This document shows, piece by piece, positions 24,108-37,280 of a stretch of DNA of 64,000 bases. Every line of letters starts with the position of its first letter. Position 1 is the stretch's first letter. The position numbers and the translations under genes are program-made. The DNA lies in the NCBI GenBank assembly GCA_043228905.1, contig JBHGNT010000010.1:7192001-7256000 (forward strand), in the 5' to 3' direction. This DNA is from Azolla caroliniana (lineage: Eukaryota; Plantae; Polypodiophyta). The notes beneath the pieces were generated by a model, which worked only from the letters and a program-made list of their open reading frames with translations, was not told the origin of the DNA and searched no databases.

Positions 24108-26520
24108 TTAAAGAGGGAGACCTGAGTCCCCCAATATGTGTTCGTGTACCTCTTTGGGGACCTTGTAGATAGTGTTGTATCCCTTAAACTTGTGCTTTGC
24201 TTGAGTCATAGTGAACTTGATTGCAATAATGGCATCAACATAGATTATTGCGGTGAGTGCATCCTTTAATAATGCATATGTGTTCTTGCATTGTGGCAAC
24301 TTTGCACAGTAGTTGCCATACACGCCAGACTCACCAACATTGAACATGTTGCCCCAACCATCCCTCTCGACTTCTTCCAATATTGTATTTACTTGCTTGC
24401 ACACCACATGTAGTAGTCTTCAAAATCTTCATTTTTGAGGAGATTTGAGCACCACAAAATGATCTCAAACGTCCAATAATATTGCCAAGTCCTCACACTA
24501 GTTGTAGTAGACAATATTGTTTGAATGTTCATTTTCTTGGATATCCACACATTGTTCTATCTCAAGCTTCCATGGCTCCGCAATTGATAGATTGGTGCAT
24601 TCATCCCAAGCTTCATCTAAACACCTAGAACAAAAGCACTATAAACTACAGAATAACAATTGTGTTGTGTCCTTGCGACTAAACCCTAAAACGCAATGGG
24701 TCTTGCGCGTCCCTTTCACGGTTTTACAACCATACAATTTAGTACTCCTATCCACCTCATTAGCACGAACCTCAATAAACAATCTATTCTTACCATCATT
24801 TGACATCTTCCATGTGAGCCACTCCACAACATCATGTGCATTTTGTAACTTAGCACCTTTATTATCCAATTGTTCACTTGTAAGAGCACGCTTGATCACA
24901 ACCCCCGTGCCATCATGCTCTCCCTTTCCATGTCTAGACCCGAAGTAGTTCCATTGCATCCTAATGTTTGTCAATGAGAAGTATCTGGGTGTTTTGCATG
25001 ACAGTTAGCCAACAAACACAGTTAGTGCATTACTGGAGCGTACAATTCTTAACATGACTTAAACCATAATTATTACTAATGCACGAAAGAGGACAATATT
25101 AAGACCCGAATCCGTACAAATGAACGAGAGAGGATAGTACTAAGTTATTGATTAGTACTAATGCACGATAAAGGATAATTCTAAGTTGGAAATTAGTACT
25201 AACAGATGAGAGAGGAAAGTGGTAAGTTATTAATTAGCACTAATGCATGAGAGAGAACAATCCTAAGTTATAAGTTGGTCTTAATGAACAAAGTTGGACA
25301 GTACTAAGTTATTAATTAGTACTAATGCATGAGAGAGGACAATCCTAAGTTATAAGTTGGTCTTAATGAACAAAGTTGGATAGTACTAAGTTAATAATTA
25401 GTACTAATGAGAGGAAAATCCTAAGTTATAAATTAGTCTTAATGAACAAAGTTGGATAGTGCTAAGTTATTAATTAGTATTAATGCATGACAGAGGACCA
25501 TCCTATGTTATAAATTAGTACTAACGAACAAAGTTTATTACAACTAAGTTATTAATTAGTAAAAATGTATGAGAGAGGAAAATGCTAAGTATTAATTAGT
25601 GCTTGTGCTTGCCGGATGGTAGTCCAAAGTTATAAATTAGTACTAATGAACGAAAGAGGATAGTACTGAGTTATTCATTAGTACTAATGCACAAGAGAGG
25701 ACAATGCTGGGATATAAATTAATACTCGTGCTAGTGGGATGACAGTCCTACGTTATAAATTAGTACTTGTGCATGTGGGATCTGAGTACTTAGTTGTAAA
25801 CCATAGTCAGTACTTTTGCTTTTGTACCACAGAGGACAATACTATGGTGTAAATTATGGATACATTACACAACCTGAACCTTAATTAGTACTTGTGCACC
25901 TGGGAGGACAATACCAAGTTGTAAATTAAGTTTACTTAACACGGTTATTACCATAATCAGTACTAGTGAATATAGGAGGAGAGAACTAAATGGCAAATAA
26001 GCTCAGATCCACATTTCAAGACAGTACTGGTGCATGTAGTAGGAGAATTACTAATTGTATTTTATACAAACATTTATAAGTACTATGGAGTAAATTACCA
26101 AAATAGACTTCCATTTATAATTACTAAACATATGGATTATTTCCTCACCTTGCAATGAAGTAGAAGGACCGGGCCGCCTTAAATTGCGAGGCAGCACCAT
26201 CATACCAGACCCAATGGCGATTAAAGTTAACACCCAAGGACAATAAATCTGCGTGGTGAAGCTTAAAACAATGTTGAACAAATAGCGCATCATGCTTTTT
26301 ATCATTTGAAATGTAGAATATTGATTTCTTATTTAACTCACCGTCTTCTCTCTAGTAGCAAACATGTACAAGTATTGTACATTGGTCATTGTACCAATGC
26401 ATTGATTAAACCTCATTTTGAACTTTAAACGTATAGTTCTCTGCAAAGTCAATAATAGATACCATAACATCTGGTGGTAAGTTATTTATACATTCCTTGA
26501 ACTATGAGTTTTGCCAATAA
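24108..26520 (-). pseudogene. Sola2-type DDD transposase, 5'-truncated, with intron 24985-26148
   Basis: Manual translation: SIIDFAENYTFKVQNEV*SMHW; FYISNDKKHDALFVQHCF; HWVWYDGAASQFK...FIAR|(GT-AG, in phase)YFSLTNIRMQWNYFGSRHGKGEHDGTGVVIKRAL; *CFCSRC. Sola2 assignment is from remembered motifs. Confidence 0.8.
25060..26060. repeat. Degenerate ~36/75-bp repeat array with palindrome TTAGTACTAA in the transposase intron
   Basis: Repeated aagttat(t/a)aattagtactaatg...gaggacaatcct. Confidence 0.85.
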
Positions 26521-27019
26521 GATTAGTCTGACCGACCGGATGGTTGATGACCAGGCCGACTAATCGGACTGACTGGACAGTTGACACTAGAGTCGGCTGA
26601 TGGCTACTTATTATTATAGATAATAACAATAGTTATGTGTAGTAGGGGCTACACTTGTAAATAGCCCATATGATGTATGCGTATAAATACATCTAGGGCA
26701 AACGTAGAGCGTAGAACAGAGTGCTATGTATGGTTTAGAATAGTGAAGCGCGTGCAAGTGAGGATGAACAATGAGAGAGTGGCACCATAGCTGTGTGTGT
26801 AACAACAGGAGCCAAGAGCCCTGTGAGGCTGATACACTCCACAGAGAGTGATGTATTCTTCTCCATTTGTATATCCAATGTATAGTGAAGCTCTTTTCAT
26901 GTGGTTTTTTCCATTGTTCAGGGTCTCCACGTAAAAATTGTGTGCATTGTTTTCTGTGTGCATCCAGTTGTGTATTCTCAACATATTCTTCTTGTGGATT
27001 AACGATTCATTTCTCAACA
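26521..27019 (+). mobile_element. 5'-truncated copia-type LTR fragment
   Basis: TATA (tataaata 26682), gggtctccacgtaaa LTR motif, ends ...CTCAACA; interrupts the transposase. Confidence 0.6.
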
Positions 27020-27363
27020 GTTACCTAGATAGAATCTAGTTAGTGTGTTGACCTTTAAACCCTTAAATAGGATCTTGTACTTGTACGTAAGTGGGGATAC
27101 ATTCTAGATCCTCTAGTACCAAGCTCATTTAATATAGGACTTACACCTTTGTACCTACATTCTCCTCACACATGTGCAACCTTGCACATGAGATCTATAT
27201 ATGCCTCATTGTGGGTATTTTTGTAACTTGATGATGCTTATTAATCATCCCCCATTTATCTCATTGTTCATAAGTGTAACTTCCTCTATCTCTTTCTCTC
27301 ACACACATACACACACATATCACATAATCTTGCGCAGCTTAATCACATACGTGATTAACTTCT
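27020..27363 (+). mobile_element. LTR fragment of the K family, cut by copia A
   Basis: Closely matches ~18145-18465 (gttacctag..gaatctagttag...cacatgagatctatata). Confidence 0.85.
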
Positions 27364-27688
27364 TGTTGAGCGAGCAAGCTCAACCGGATCCGGATCGGCT
27401 GAATAAGCCAGAGCCGGATTGGTATCCGGAACGAAGAACCGAATCGGTGTCCGGATGATATCCGGAACCAGGAGCTGGATCGGATTGAAACCGGTAGGCC
27501 GTTAGAGGCCTACGGATCCAACATAGTACGTAGGCATATTTTAGGGAGTCAATGATAGTCGCTCCTCTCAGCATTGAAGTACCTGTCAATACTTCTGTCA
27601 GTCCTTTATGGACTTTTATATAAGTGCTCTCTGAGCACATTCTATGGACACAGAATATTGAGAGTGTTATTTTTTTAATAGAGTTTAC

Positions 27689-27735
<47 letters not shown>

Positions 27736-29562
27736 ATGCATATTCTATGTGTTAAGCTTCAATTGAACCTTTCTCTCTATTGTTGTTATCTGGTAGAACC
27801 GGTTTGTAATACGCTTCCGCACGTTCACATTTACATGGTATTAGAGCGTGAGGGTTGAGAACCTTTGCAACCGACATACACTTTCGAAGACAAACCCTGA
27901 TACCCGGTAAGGACACACGGAGAAGATATGGACATAGGTATGGTGAGTTCACTTCCCACAGAGAAGCTCGATCGGAGCAACTATGCGTCCTGGTCATATA
28001 AAATGCACTAGTACCTGTTGGGGCATGGATATTGGAGCTACGTGGAAGGAACCAACGAGGTAGCGCCAGAGCCGGCACACAAGGACTTCCCGGCATGGGA
28101 GCAAGGAGCGAGCCAAGTATTGTACTACCTCGCATCCTGTGTGCACGATCAGATGCTCGGCTACATCAAGGATGCAAAGACACAGAAGGAGGCCCGGGAA
28201 AATCTATGGAAGATTTTCACCGCGAGTACCATGACCCGAAGGTGGCAGCTCCGGTAAGAGCTGAACAACATCCGGCAAAGGGATATGCCCTTGACTGACT
28301 ACACCACCAAGATAAAGGAGATTTGTGATGCGCTCGGGTCCATCAACGTGACGGTGGACGAAAACGAGATGGTCCAAATCTACCTTGTGGTCTAGCACAA
28401 CGGTACGGGCCAACCCGGACGACGATCTGCACCCAAGAGAAGCCAACGTGCTTCTTCGACTTACAATCAATGTTGATGGTTGAAGGAAACCACACGAGTG
28501 GGTCAAGGACCACTCAATCGGACAACCGAATGCTGTACACGGAGGCGGATCGGCCCGGTGGGTGTGGAGGATGAGGTAGGTCGACATGCAATGGAGGCGG
28601 TTGGCAAGAGCAAGACCGAAGGCACAAAGACAGTGTGGACAACAGTTCCGGTGTTGTGATGTGGCGTGCTCGAGTGTGGGAAAAACCGGCTAAAGGGGGG
28701 GGTCAAAATGTGCATGTACAATGTGTGTGCACACAAAGGCAATTAATTTTGGATATGCAAAGGAAAAGGGAAAAGAAAGGGTGGAAAGGAGGTATAGAAA
28801 CTCGTGTAAAAAGTAAGAGAGAGGAGAGATGAAAAGTAGAAAGGACACAAGCTATGAATTTGTAAATATAGAATTATATATTATATAAGAGAGAGTTAAT
28901 GGACTAGTGGATAGTCACATTGACTTCTAGCTAGAGGTGCATAGTTCAAATCTGGTCTTACAATGCAGTGTGATTTAAGGAATTTTATTCCTTTTGCATT
29001 GAAGACAAAATTGGCGACCCCCCTTCCTTTCTTTCTATAAAAGGAGGTCAAGGGGGACTCATTTGGGAGGACATCTTGGGGAGGGGGAGACTATCGCCAT
29101 TTTTCTTTCGGAGCTCTTCATCTTCATCTTCATCTTCACCATTGCTCTTCATCTCATACCCCTTCATCCCCTCATCGCCACGTGCTCGTCTTCTTTGCGT
29201 TGGAACTCGAAGTGCTCATTTACGGTGCTCGTGAGCCCGAGCTTCGTTGGTTCGGAGTTGCTTTGTCCCCGTACATTGTATGTGTTTAGTGAACACTTTT
29301 ATACAAGTCCATCCGAATTGACAAAAGTACGGTGTGCTTCAATGCTCACACGAGCGTCTAACACTAACTACAAGATATTAACTCCCTAGTAGACTAGCTA
29401 CTACTTGGCTTTCGGTTACTGCTTGATCCAGCTAACTGGCTCCCCAGCTCACCGGCTCACTTGCTCACCAGCTCACTGTTGGGAGACAGGTCCCTCCGGA
29501 TGGGAAGGGAGAAAAACAATGCCGATGAACAAACTCGACCGAGGCCGATAGGGCTCGGCCGA

Positions 29563-29790
29563 AACCGGATGATGAGTACCCGGCTACGGAGAGTCGGATG
29601 GTGCAGACCCGGTGAGAACCGGATAAGGAGTACCTGGTTATGGAGAGCCGGATGGTGCAGACCCGATGAGAATCGGATAAGGAGTACCCGGTTACAGAGA
29701 GCCGGATGGTGCGGACCCGGTGAGAACCGGATGAGGAGTACCCGGCTACGGAGACCCGGATGGTGCAGACCCGGTGAGGAATGCTCACCG
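29563..29790. repeat. 48-bp tandem repeats in G-family LTR U3 (~4.5 copies here, ~1.5 in the 3' LTR, ~5.5 in the solo LTR)
   Basis: accggatgaggagtacccggctacggagagccggatggtgcagacccggtgaga. Confidence 0.92.
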
Positions 29791-32700
29791 GATGAAGAGA
29801 CATATTTGTAAATATGTTTCTGAGAGTCCATCGAGGCTATATTTGTAAATAGCCGAAAAGTCATATTAGTATAAATATGACTTAGGGCAAACTTTTAGAC
29901 TACTGTTGTCATTCTTGTTGGTGCAAGGAAAGAAAGAGAGTGCGTAACTGTGTACACACAGAGAGAGAGAGAAAGAGGTCGTTGCCTCTGTTGTAACCTC
30001 CGCCTGTGGCGAAGATCGTGAGCACGAGGTCGTTGCCTCTGTGAACTCACTATTGTACATTTTAGCATAGTGATAGTTTGCAGCCTGTGGGCTGCCGTGG
30101 TTTTTTCCCTAGTTTGGGTTTTCCATGTAAACATCCTGTGTACTCTTCTCTTCTTTGTGTCGTGCGTTTCATTTCCCGTTTTCTGTGTATGATTCTAAGC
30201 TCGGTTGTGGCCGAGCGTTGCGTATAGGGAGCGTGCAGTTCTCATCAAGTGGTATCAGAGCGAAATGACACAGAAAATGGACGAATCGTTGGGTGGCATG
30301 TTCAAGCTCACCGGCTCCAACTATTCAGTGTGGAAGTCGAAGATGAGGGATATGCTCGTGGTTAAAGACCTCTGGCTGCTGGTTCAGTTCGGGGACAAGA
30401 GACCGGACAAAATCGACGCCGCGATATGGGAGGTGATGCACATGAAGACAACGACGTACATACGGTGCTTCATCGACATGAGCCTGTACAACAACTTCAA
30501 TAAAGAGAGCAAGGCTCATGAGCTCTGGGAGAAGATCGGCATAATGTTTCAAAACAAAAATGCTGTCAATCAGGTTTCGGTATTCCGGAAGCTAGTAAGA
30601 CTCCGGTACCAAGATGGCTCCAGCATGGCGTAGCACATGAATGCCTTCCAGGGGCTGATACACCAGGCAACGTCATTGGAAGTACCTCTCGCTGACGAGG
30701 TACTAGCACTACTCCTGCTCGGTTCCCTCCCGGATAGTTGGGAGACGTTGGTTGTCACTTTGGGCAACGTTGGGCCGGAAGGAAAACGGTTATCCCTAGC
30801 AAGAGTAAAGTCGAGCTTGCTAGATGAGGAGGCGCGTCGGAAAGATAAAGATACAAGCTCCGACTCCAAAGCGCTCCTTACTGAATTGGAACGCGGAAGT
30901 CAAAGAAACCGTAGTCCCCAGAACCGGGAAAAGTCGGGGACACGATCAAAGTCAAGGGGGAGGCCTACTTGCTTCTATTGCGGCAAGCCGGGACACTTCC
31001 AGAAGAACTGTCGGCATTTCCGGAAAGACAAGGAAACCGACAGTACCGATTCGAAGCGGACACCGGACCGGAACGGTAAAGGCCGAAGGGGGCCGGACCG
31101 GAAGGGGACGACGGCAATCGTGGCAAGTGAAGAAGAGTTGATGCTCATCACCGAGGAGAGTGAGATAAACCTTGCCGGCGACAAGATGACCTGGGTGGTA
31201 GACTCTGGAGCGTCGTTCCACCTTACCCCGGACCGGAAATGCTTCTCATCCTACTCAGCTGGTGATCACGACTGTGTTCGGATGGGGAATGAAGGTACAT
31301 GCCGAATTGTTGGCATAGGAGACGTGTGGCTAACAACACCAACCGGATGCAAGTTGCTGCTGAAGGATGTCCGACACGTTCCGGAGGTTTGTCTGAACCT
31401 GATATCAGCCGGTCGGCTAGATGATGAAGGCTACACGGGTAGCATCCGGAACGGTGTCATGAAGTTCAGCAAAGGGAGCCTGATTGTGGCTCGGGCCCGG
31501 AAGGTCAACACACTGTACATGATGAATGCCCGGTTATGTTTGGAAGAAGTGAACGTTGCATTCGACACAGCCGGTGAGCTGTGGCACAAGAGGTTGTGTC
31601 ATATGAGCGAGAAGGGGATGAAGAGGCTTGCAGACGACAACCTCATTCTAGTGAAGAACGTGCACTTGGAGAAGTGCACTGATTGTCTGGCAGGTAAACA
31701 AAACCGGACCTCCTTCCGACCAAGGCCACCGATGAGACGTAATGCACCACTGGAGTTGGTGCATACGGATGTGTGTCAAGTAGACACGAAGTCACATGCC
31801 GGATCGTAGTACTTCGTGACGTTCATAGATGACCACAACTGGAAGCTGTGGGCCACACCGTTGAAGACGAAGGATCAGGTGCTATCTGTCTTCAAAGAGC
31901 TCCACGCGAGAGTGGAAAGAGAAACCGGCCAGAAGCTGATGGCGGTTCAAGAAGATAATGGAGGAGAATACCGGGGGCAGTTCGAGGAGTACTGCCGCTC
32001 AAAGGGAATCCGGCTCGAATTTACCGTGCCGAAGATGCCGGAACTAAACGGACTGGCCGAGAGGATGAACCAGACCATAATGGAGAGGGTCCGGAGTATG
32101 CTAGCACATGCAAAACTACCCAAGAAGTTTTGGGCTGAGGCATTGTCGACGGCGACATATGTGATGAATAGATCACCCTCAGTACCCTTGGACGGAGACA
32201 CGCCACAGAGAGTGTGGACCGGTAAGGAAGTATCCTACCGGCATCTGAAGGTGTTCGGGTGTCTCGCGTACGTGCATGTAGCTAAGGACCGGAGAGGAAA
32301 GTTAGATCCAAAGACCCGGCCATGCATATTCCTCGATTACGGTGACGATGAGTTCGGCTACCGAGTGTGGGACCTAGTTAACAAGAATGTATTCCGGAGT
32401 CGAGATATTATCTTCATGGAGGACAAGACGCTCGCCGACTGGGAGTCGGAAAAGAAGATAATGAACTCCGAGTCGACCGGTAAAGATCGACTCTACGATG
32501 AGCAGACCCAACTGGCAAGAGACCGGTTAGCACTCGAGGGACCAGCCGGTTACGGTGAGGATACCGAACAGGCTGAACAAGAAGTAGAGGAAGCCGAAAC
32601 CGGAACCGGCCAAGACCCCGAATCGGATTCGGATAAAGAACAAATGGAGGAGCCGGTTACCGAAGCTCGAAGACGGAGATATCCTCTCAGAGAGAGAAGG

Positions 32701-33374
32701 GCGCCCCGGAGATTTCCGGATGCAGAGCATGTTTTGCTGACCGATGAGGGGGAGCCAGAAAACTTCGAAGAAGCGAAGGATGACACCCACAGCCGCAAAT
32801 GGTTAAGTGCCATGCAGGATGAGATGGATTCCCTGCATGAGAACGATACGTACGAATTGGTGGAGTTGCCGAAAGGAAAGCGAGCACTCCGAAACAAGTG
32901 GGTGTACAAGTTGAAACTGGGAGATGCCGGCAACCCCCCGAGATACAAAGCCAGGATCGTGGTGAAGGGGTTCGAGCAGAAAAAGGGTGTGGACTTTGAC
33001 GAGATATTTGCGCCGGTAGTAAAGATGACCTCCATCCGGAGGGTGCTGAGTATAGCGGCAAGCATGGACCTCGAGGTAGAACAGCTGGACGTGAAGACGA
33101 CATTCCTTCACGGCGACCTCGGAGAGGAGATCTACATGCAGCAACCGGAGGGATTCGTAGAGAAAGGGAAGGAGAACCTGGTATGCCAGTTGAAGAAGGG
33201 CCTCTACGGGTTGAAGCAGGCCCCCCGGCAATGGTACCGGAAGTTCGACTCCTTCATGACTGATCAAGGGTACCACAAGACGCAGGCCGATCACTGCGTG
33301 TTTGTGAAGAAGTTCGAAGGAGGCGACTTCCTGATACTCCTTCTGTACGTGGACGACATGTTGATCGTCGGACG

Positions 33375-34847
33375 CCCTCATGTCCGCTCGAACCGGCGAT
33401 CGCCGCCTCACCGTCCTCGACCTCGTCCTCGGTCGATCTTTCTCCGCATGTCGAGAGGATGGCTTGCTCCGCACCCTCTCCCGTGGTACCGATGTACCAT
33501 TCTCTTTCGGCCTCCTCATCCTTCGATCCGCTCGGGCCCGACTCCGCAATAAGCCCTTCTTCAACTTCGATTTGTGCCTCTACGATCTCGTACGCTTCCC
33601 GCACCAAGGCTTCGATGTCAAGCTCCTCCGAACCGATTTGCGTTGAGCTTTCTTCCGGCGTTAGTGCGTAGTCAGTCGCCGCTCTCTCTTCTCCGCTGCT
33701 CGCGGGCCGCATTGTGGCCGACCGCCTCTCATCGCATTGTATGCACGCCCATTCCACCTCGTTCCAATCTTCGGTGAGGCCGTACGCCCCTTCATCGTCT
33801 TCGAGGTAGGGAAAAATGGCCATTCTTCCCCTTTCGTTGACCGATTTCAAGAATAGTGGAACCTTGTCCGCCCCCACCGATTCTTGATCCCGGACGAAAG
33901 TTGGGAAAACCGGAGATCGAACTCCCGGAATGCCTTCATTGCGCTTCAAGGAGCCTTTGCCGACGACACCCATAGATCGAACTCGCGTCGATCATACTTG
34001 TACGCCTCTTCCCGTCTTTTTCTCCTTCTTGCGTAATCCCTTGCCATTCTCGTAATTACTTCCGCGATGTCTCCGTCTTCCATCTCCTTCCTCCCTTGCC
34101 GCCTCTTCACGTTGGGTTCACCAAATATGTCGTGTTGCTACGCGCGTGTGTGGAGAAGGGCGGGACCACGGGGGTCTTGGACTAAGGAGTAGAGGAGAAG
34201 GAATAGGACATGGAATGGAAGCTTTGCTCAAGAAGAAGAAGAATGAACAAAAGATTAGATCGAACAAGAGAAAGATGGAGACAAGATGATCAACAAGATA
34301 TATTAAAACGAAATGAACGATTACAAAATGGTGGCCGCATAGGCCGCACCAAACGACTACTCGAAACCCTAACCGACGAAGATGAAGATAAATATAAAGA
34401 AACCCTAACCCTAACCCTAACGCTCGACCTATGTGGTATACCTCGCACACTCAAAATAGGCAACCCTCACAATGGTGCCTTCCCTCTCCTTTTATAGCAC
34501 AAGGAGGGAAGACCATTTACAAAAGTGAGACTAAAATATCCCCTTTCATTCAAAGGGGATATTTGCCTTGATTTGGGGAGGGTGAGATTGATGGCCCCTT
34601 AACTCCCACCTCTACGCAAACAACTAGGTACCTATGTACCGCATAGTACCTCTCTCTCTCTCTTGCGTGGATGTGCGCACAAGACCACATCACCTTTATA
34701 CCTTAGGGGTCTTATGGGGCATTTCTAGCACCATACACTTTACCCTTATTACTATTACAAATACATTATGTACGTGTGCAACGTTGCACATAGCTCTTTG
34801 GCTCTCGTTGCTCGGGTTTCCGCTTGTGGACGAAAATCTTCACGACA
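33375..34847 (-). mobile_element. Gypsy C remnant: 5' LTR 34128-34847, PBS-Trp, gag N-terminus (ATG 34083)
   Basis: LTR TGTCGTG...CACGACA; PBS tggtgaacccaacgtga; gag ...LFLKSV...GLTEDWNEV; right flank ACGT in G RT (YVTKVL); left end and part of G RT deleted. Confidence 0.88.
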
Positions 34848-37280
34848 ACGTGACAAAGGTGCTTCACCGGTTCAACATATCAGATGCGAAACCGGTCGGA
34901 TCGACACTTCCGGCAAACTACAGGTTATTCGGTAAGCAAAGCCCGAAGACGAAAGCAGAGAAGGCGGATATGATGAAGATTCCATATGCCTCTGCCGTCG
35001 GGAGCTTAATGTATGCAATGGTTTGTACCCGACCGGGTATAGGATACGCAGTCGGAGTGGTGAGCCGGTTCATGATCAATCCCGGCAAGGAGCACTGGAA
35101 TGCGGTCAAATGGATACTCCGGTATTTGAAGGGCACTTCAAATATGTGTCTCCGATTCGGCTCCAGAAAACCTCAACTGGACGGTTTCACCGATTCGGAC
35201 ATGTCGGCTGATGTGGATACGAGCCGGTCTACATCCGGGTATGTAATGACATATGCAGGGGGAGTTGTTTCGTGGCAGTCGAGGCTGCAGAAGACGGTTG
35301 CGTTGTCAACCACAGAGGTGGAGTACATGGTGGCTGTGGAAGCCGGCAAGGAAATCTTATGGATGAAGGACTTCATCGGAGAGCTCAGTATCCGGCAAGA
35401 TGAATACCGGATCTATTCCGACAGTCAAAGTGCCATCCACCTTGCTAAGAATGCAGCCTACCATTCCTGGACGAAGCATATCCAGCGAAGATATCACTGG
35501 ATCCGGGAAAGAGTAGATGACCAGGAGTTCGCACTGACGAAGATCCACACGGCCGAGAACGGGTCAGATATGCTGACCAAAGTGCTGATACCCGACAAGA
35601 TGGACGCATGCCGGAAGAGGATCGGTCTAGTAAGACACCTCATGCCAGAGTGAAGGGGGAGTTTGTTGGGAGACAGTGCGGACCCGGTGAGAACCGGATG
35701 AGGAGTACCCGGCTACGGGGAGCCAGATGGTGCAGACTCGGTGAAGAATGCTCACCGGATGAAGAGACATATTCGTAAATATGTTTCTGAGAGTCCATCG
35801 AGGCTATATTTGTAAATAGCCGAAAAGTCATATTAGTATAAATATGACTTAGGGCAAACTTTTAGACTACTGTTGTCATTCTTGTTGGTGCAAGGAAAGA
35901 GAGAGAGTGCGTAACTGTGTATAGAGAGAGAGAGAGAAAGAGGTTTTTGCCTCTGTTGTAACCGCCGCCTGTGGCGAAGATCGTGAGCACGAGGTCGTTG
36001 CCTCCGGGAACTCACTATTGTACATTCTAGCATAGTGATAGTTTGCAGCCTGTGGGCTGCCGTGGTTTTTTCCCTAGTTTGGGTTTTCCACGTAAACATC
36101 CTGTGTACTCTTCTCTTCTTTGTGTCGTGCGTTTCATTTCCCGTTTTCTGTGTATGATTCTAAGCTCGGTTGTGGCCGAGCGTTGCGTATAGGGAGCGTG
36201 CAGTTCCCATAACTCACCGACCCGGCTCATCCTTCTGGATGCCGATCCGGTTCAGGCTTATTCAGCCGATCCGGATCCGGTTGAGCTTGCTGCTCAACGC
36301 TCCCCCTCAAGGTCAATTTGAGGTCGGATCGTAGTGTCAATCTCTATGGCAGCTGGTCCTTCCATCTGGCTCCTTCTGGCGTCACTCCGCCTCGCTCGCG
36401 CTCCTCGTCCGTTCTGGTCCCATTTGCCACGACCCTTGTGTTCCTACGCACCTCGACTTCCTTGGTCGACTTGTCTGCTCAACAGGCCCAATTCAACTCC
36501 CTCCCTGTTGTGACTTCGGCTTTTGCTGATTCGCCGATCCCTTTGTGTTGGCATCGACTTTTGCTGCCTTCTTGTCCTCGTGGCCTTGAATTGATCCGGT
36601 GTCGTGAAGAAAACCGTCCACGAGCGGAATCCGTGCACCGGAGCGTAGAAACCGACTCTTCATGCACGTGCGCCTCAAGTTGTACATAGGAGATCCTAGG
36701 TAGATTCGGTAGGTAGGGAGTAAAGGGGAAACGGCTCCTTCCTTGCCTATAAAAGGAGGGAGACGAGGAGGGTAGAGGGATCGCGGTGAGTCGAGGACGA
36801 AGTGCTGTCGGTTTGCGCGCGAAGGCTTCTCTCTCTCTCTCTCTCTGGTTCGCAAACGCCATAGCTTCCTTCTGTGCAGGTTTCGGGAGGCTCGCGCTGC
36901 TCTGAGGAATGCCCGAGTGCTTCTGGCAGCACCTCCAACCTACTCATTCCTCTCTGTGCGTTTACGAGCAGGTATCGGCATCTGTTCGCCGGCCTGTTCG
37001 GTTGTAACTGACTTCGTGTTTTGTTGTCTTCGTGTTCTTGTTGTTTGTCTTGTCAATACATACATACTTTCGTGTCTTTCTGTGTCGCTGTCCCACTCGC
37101 GTCTTTGCGTCGAAGGGCCGTGTCCCTGTGAATCTACGCTCGCACGTAGTGGGTCTCTTCTCTTTCTCTCTTGCTCTTCGGTACAGGACCCCCGAGGTCC
37201 TGCCTCACTCCACGCATCCGCGAGGAATACCTTGACATCTTGGTGAACCCGACGTGAAGGAGGCGGCAGAAGAGCAGAAG

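Larger units (their letters stand above)
29477..36212 (+). mobile_element. Copia G (Tnt1/Tork-like): 5' LTR 29477-30247, PBS-Met 30250-30261, gag-pol 30265-35653, PPT 35652-35661, 3' LTR 35664-36212
   Basis: TSD CTCAC 29472-29476 / 36213-36217; CFYCGKPGHFQKNC, WVVDSGASFH, YVDDML, SDMLTK; stops at ~30631 and ~31807; RT interrupted by C. Confidence 0.95.

Noticed and set aside
25060-26060. Palindromic repeat array resembling a CRISPR
   Set aside because: Spacers are related to each other, and the array is an intron of a eukaryotic transposase
28891-28962. Functional tRNA-Arg gene
   Set aside because: Anticodon and acceptor stems do not pair properly; kept only as a tRNA-like module
29274-29278. 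CATTG as left TSD of copia F (matches 49888-49892)
   Set aside because: It also aligns to gtacatcgtatgtg inside the F LTR, and sequence is missing from both E and F here; probably a deletion junction, so not counted as a TSD
29457-29864. Repetitive ORFs on both strands (also 57043-57623)
   Set aside because: Artefact of the 48-bp (multiple of 3) LTR repeats; no protein features
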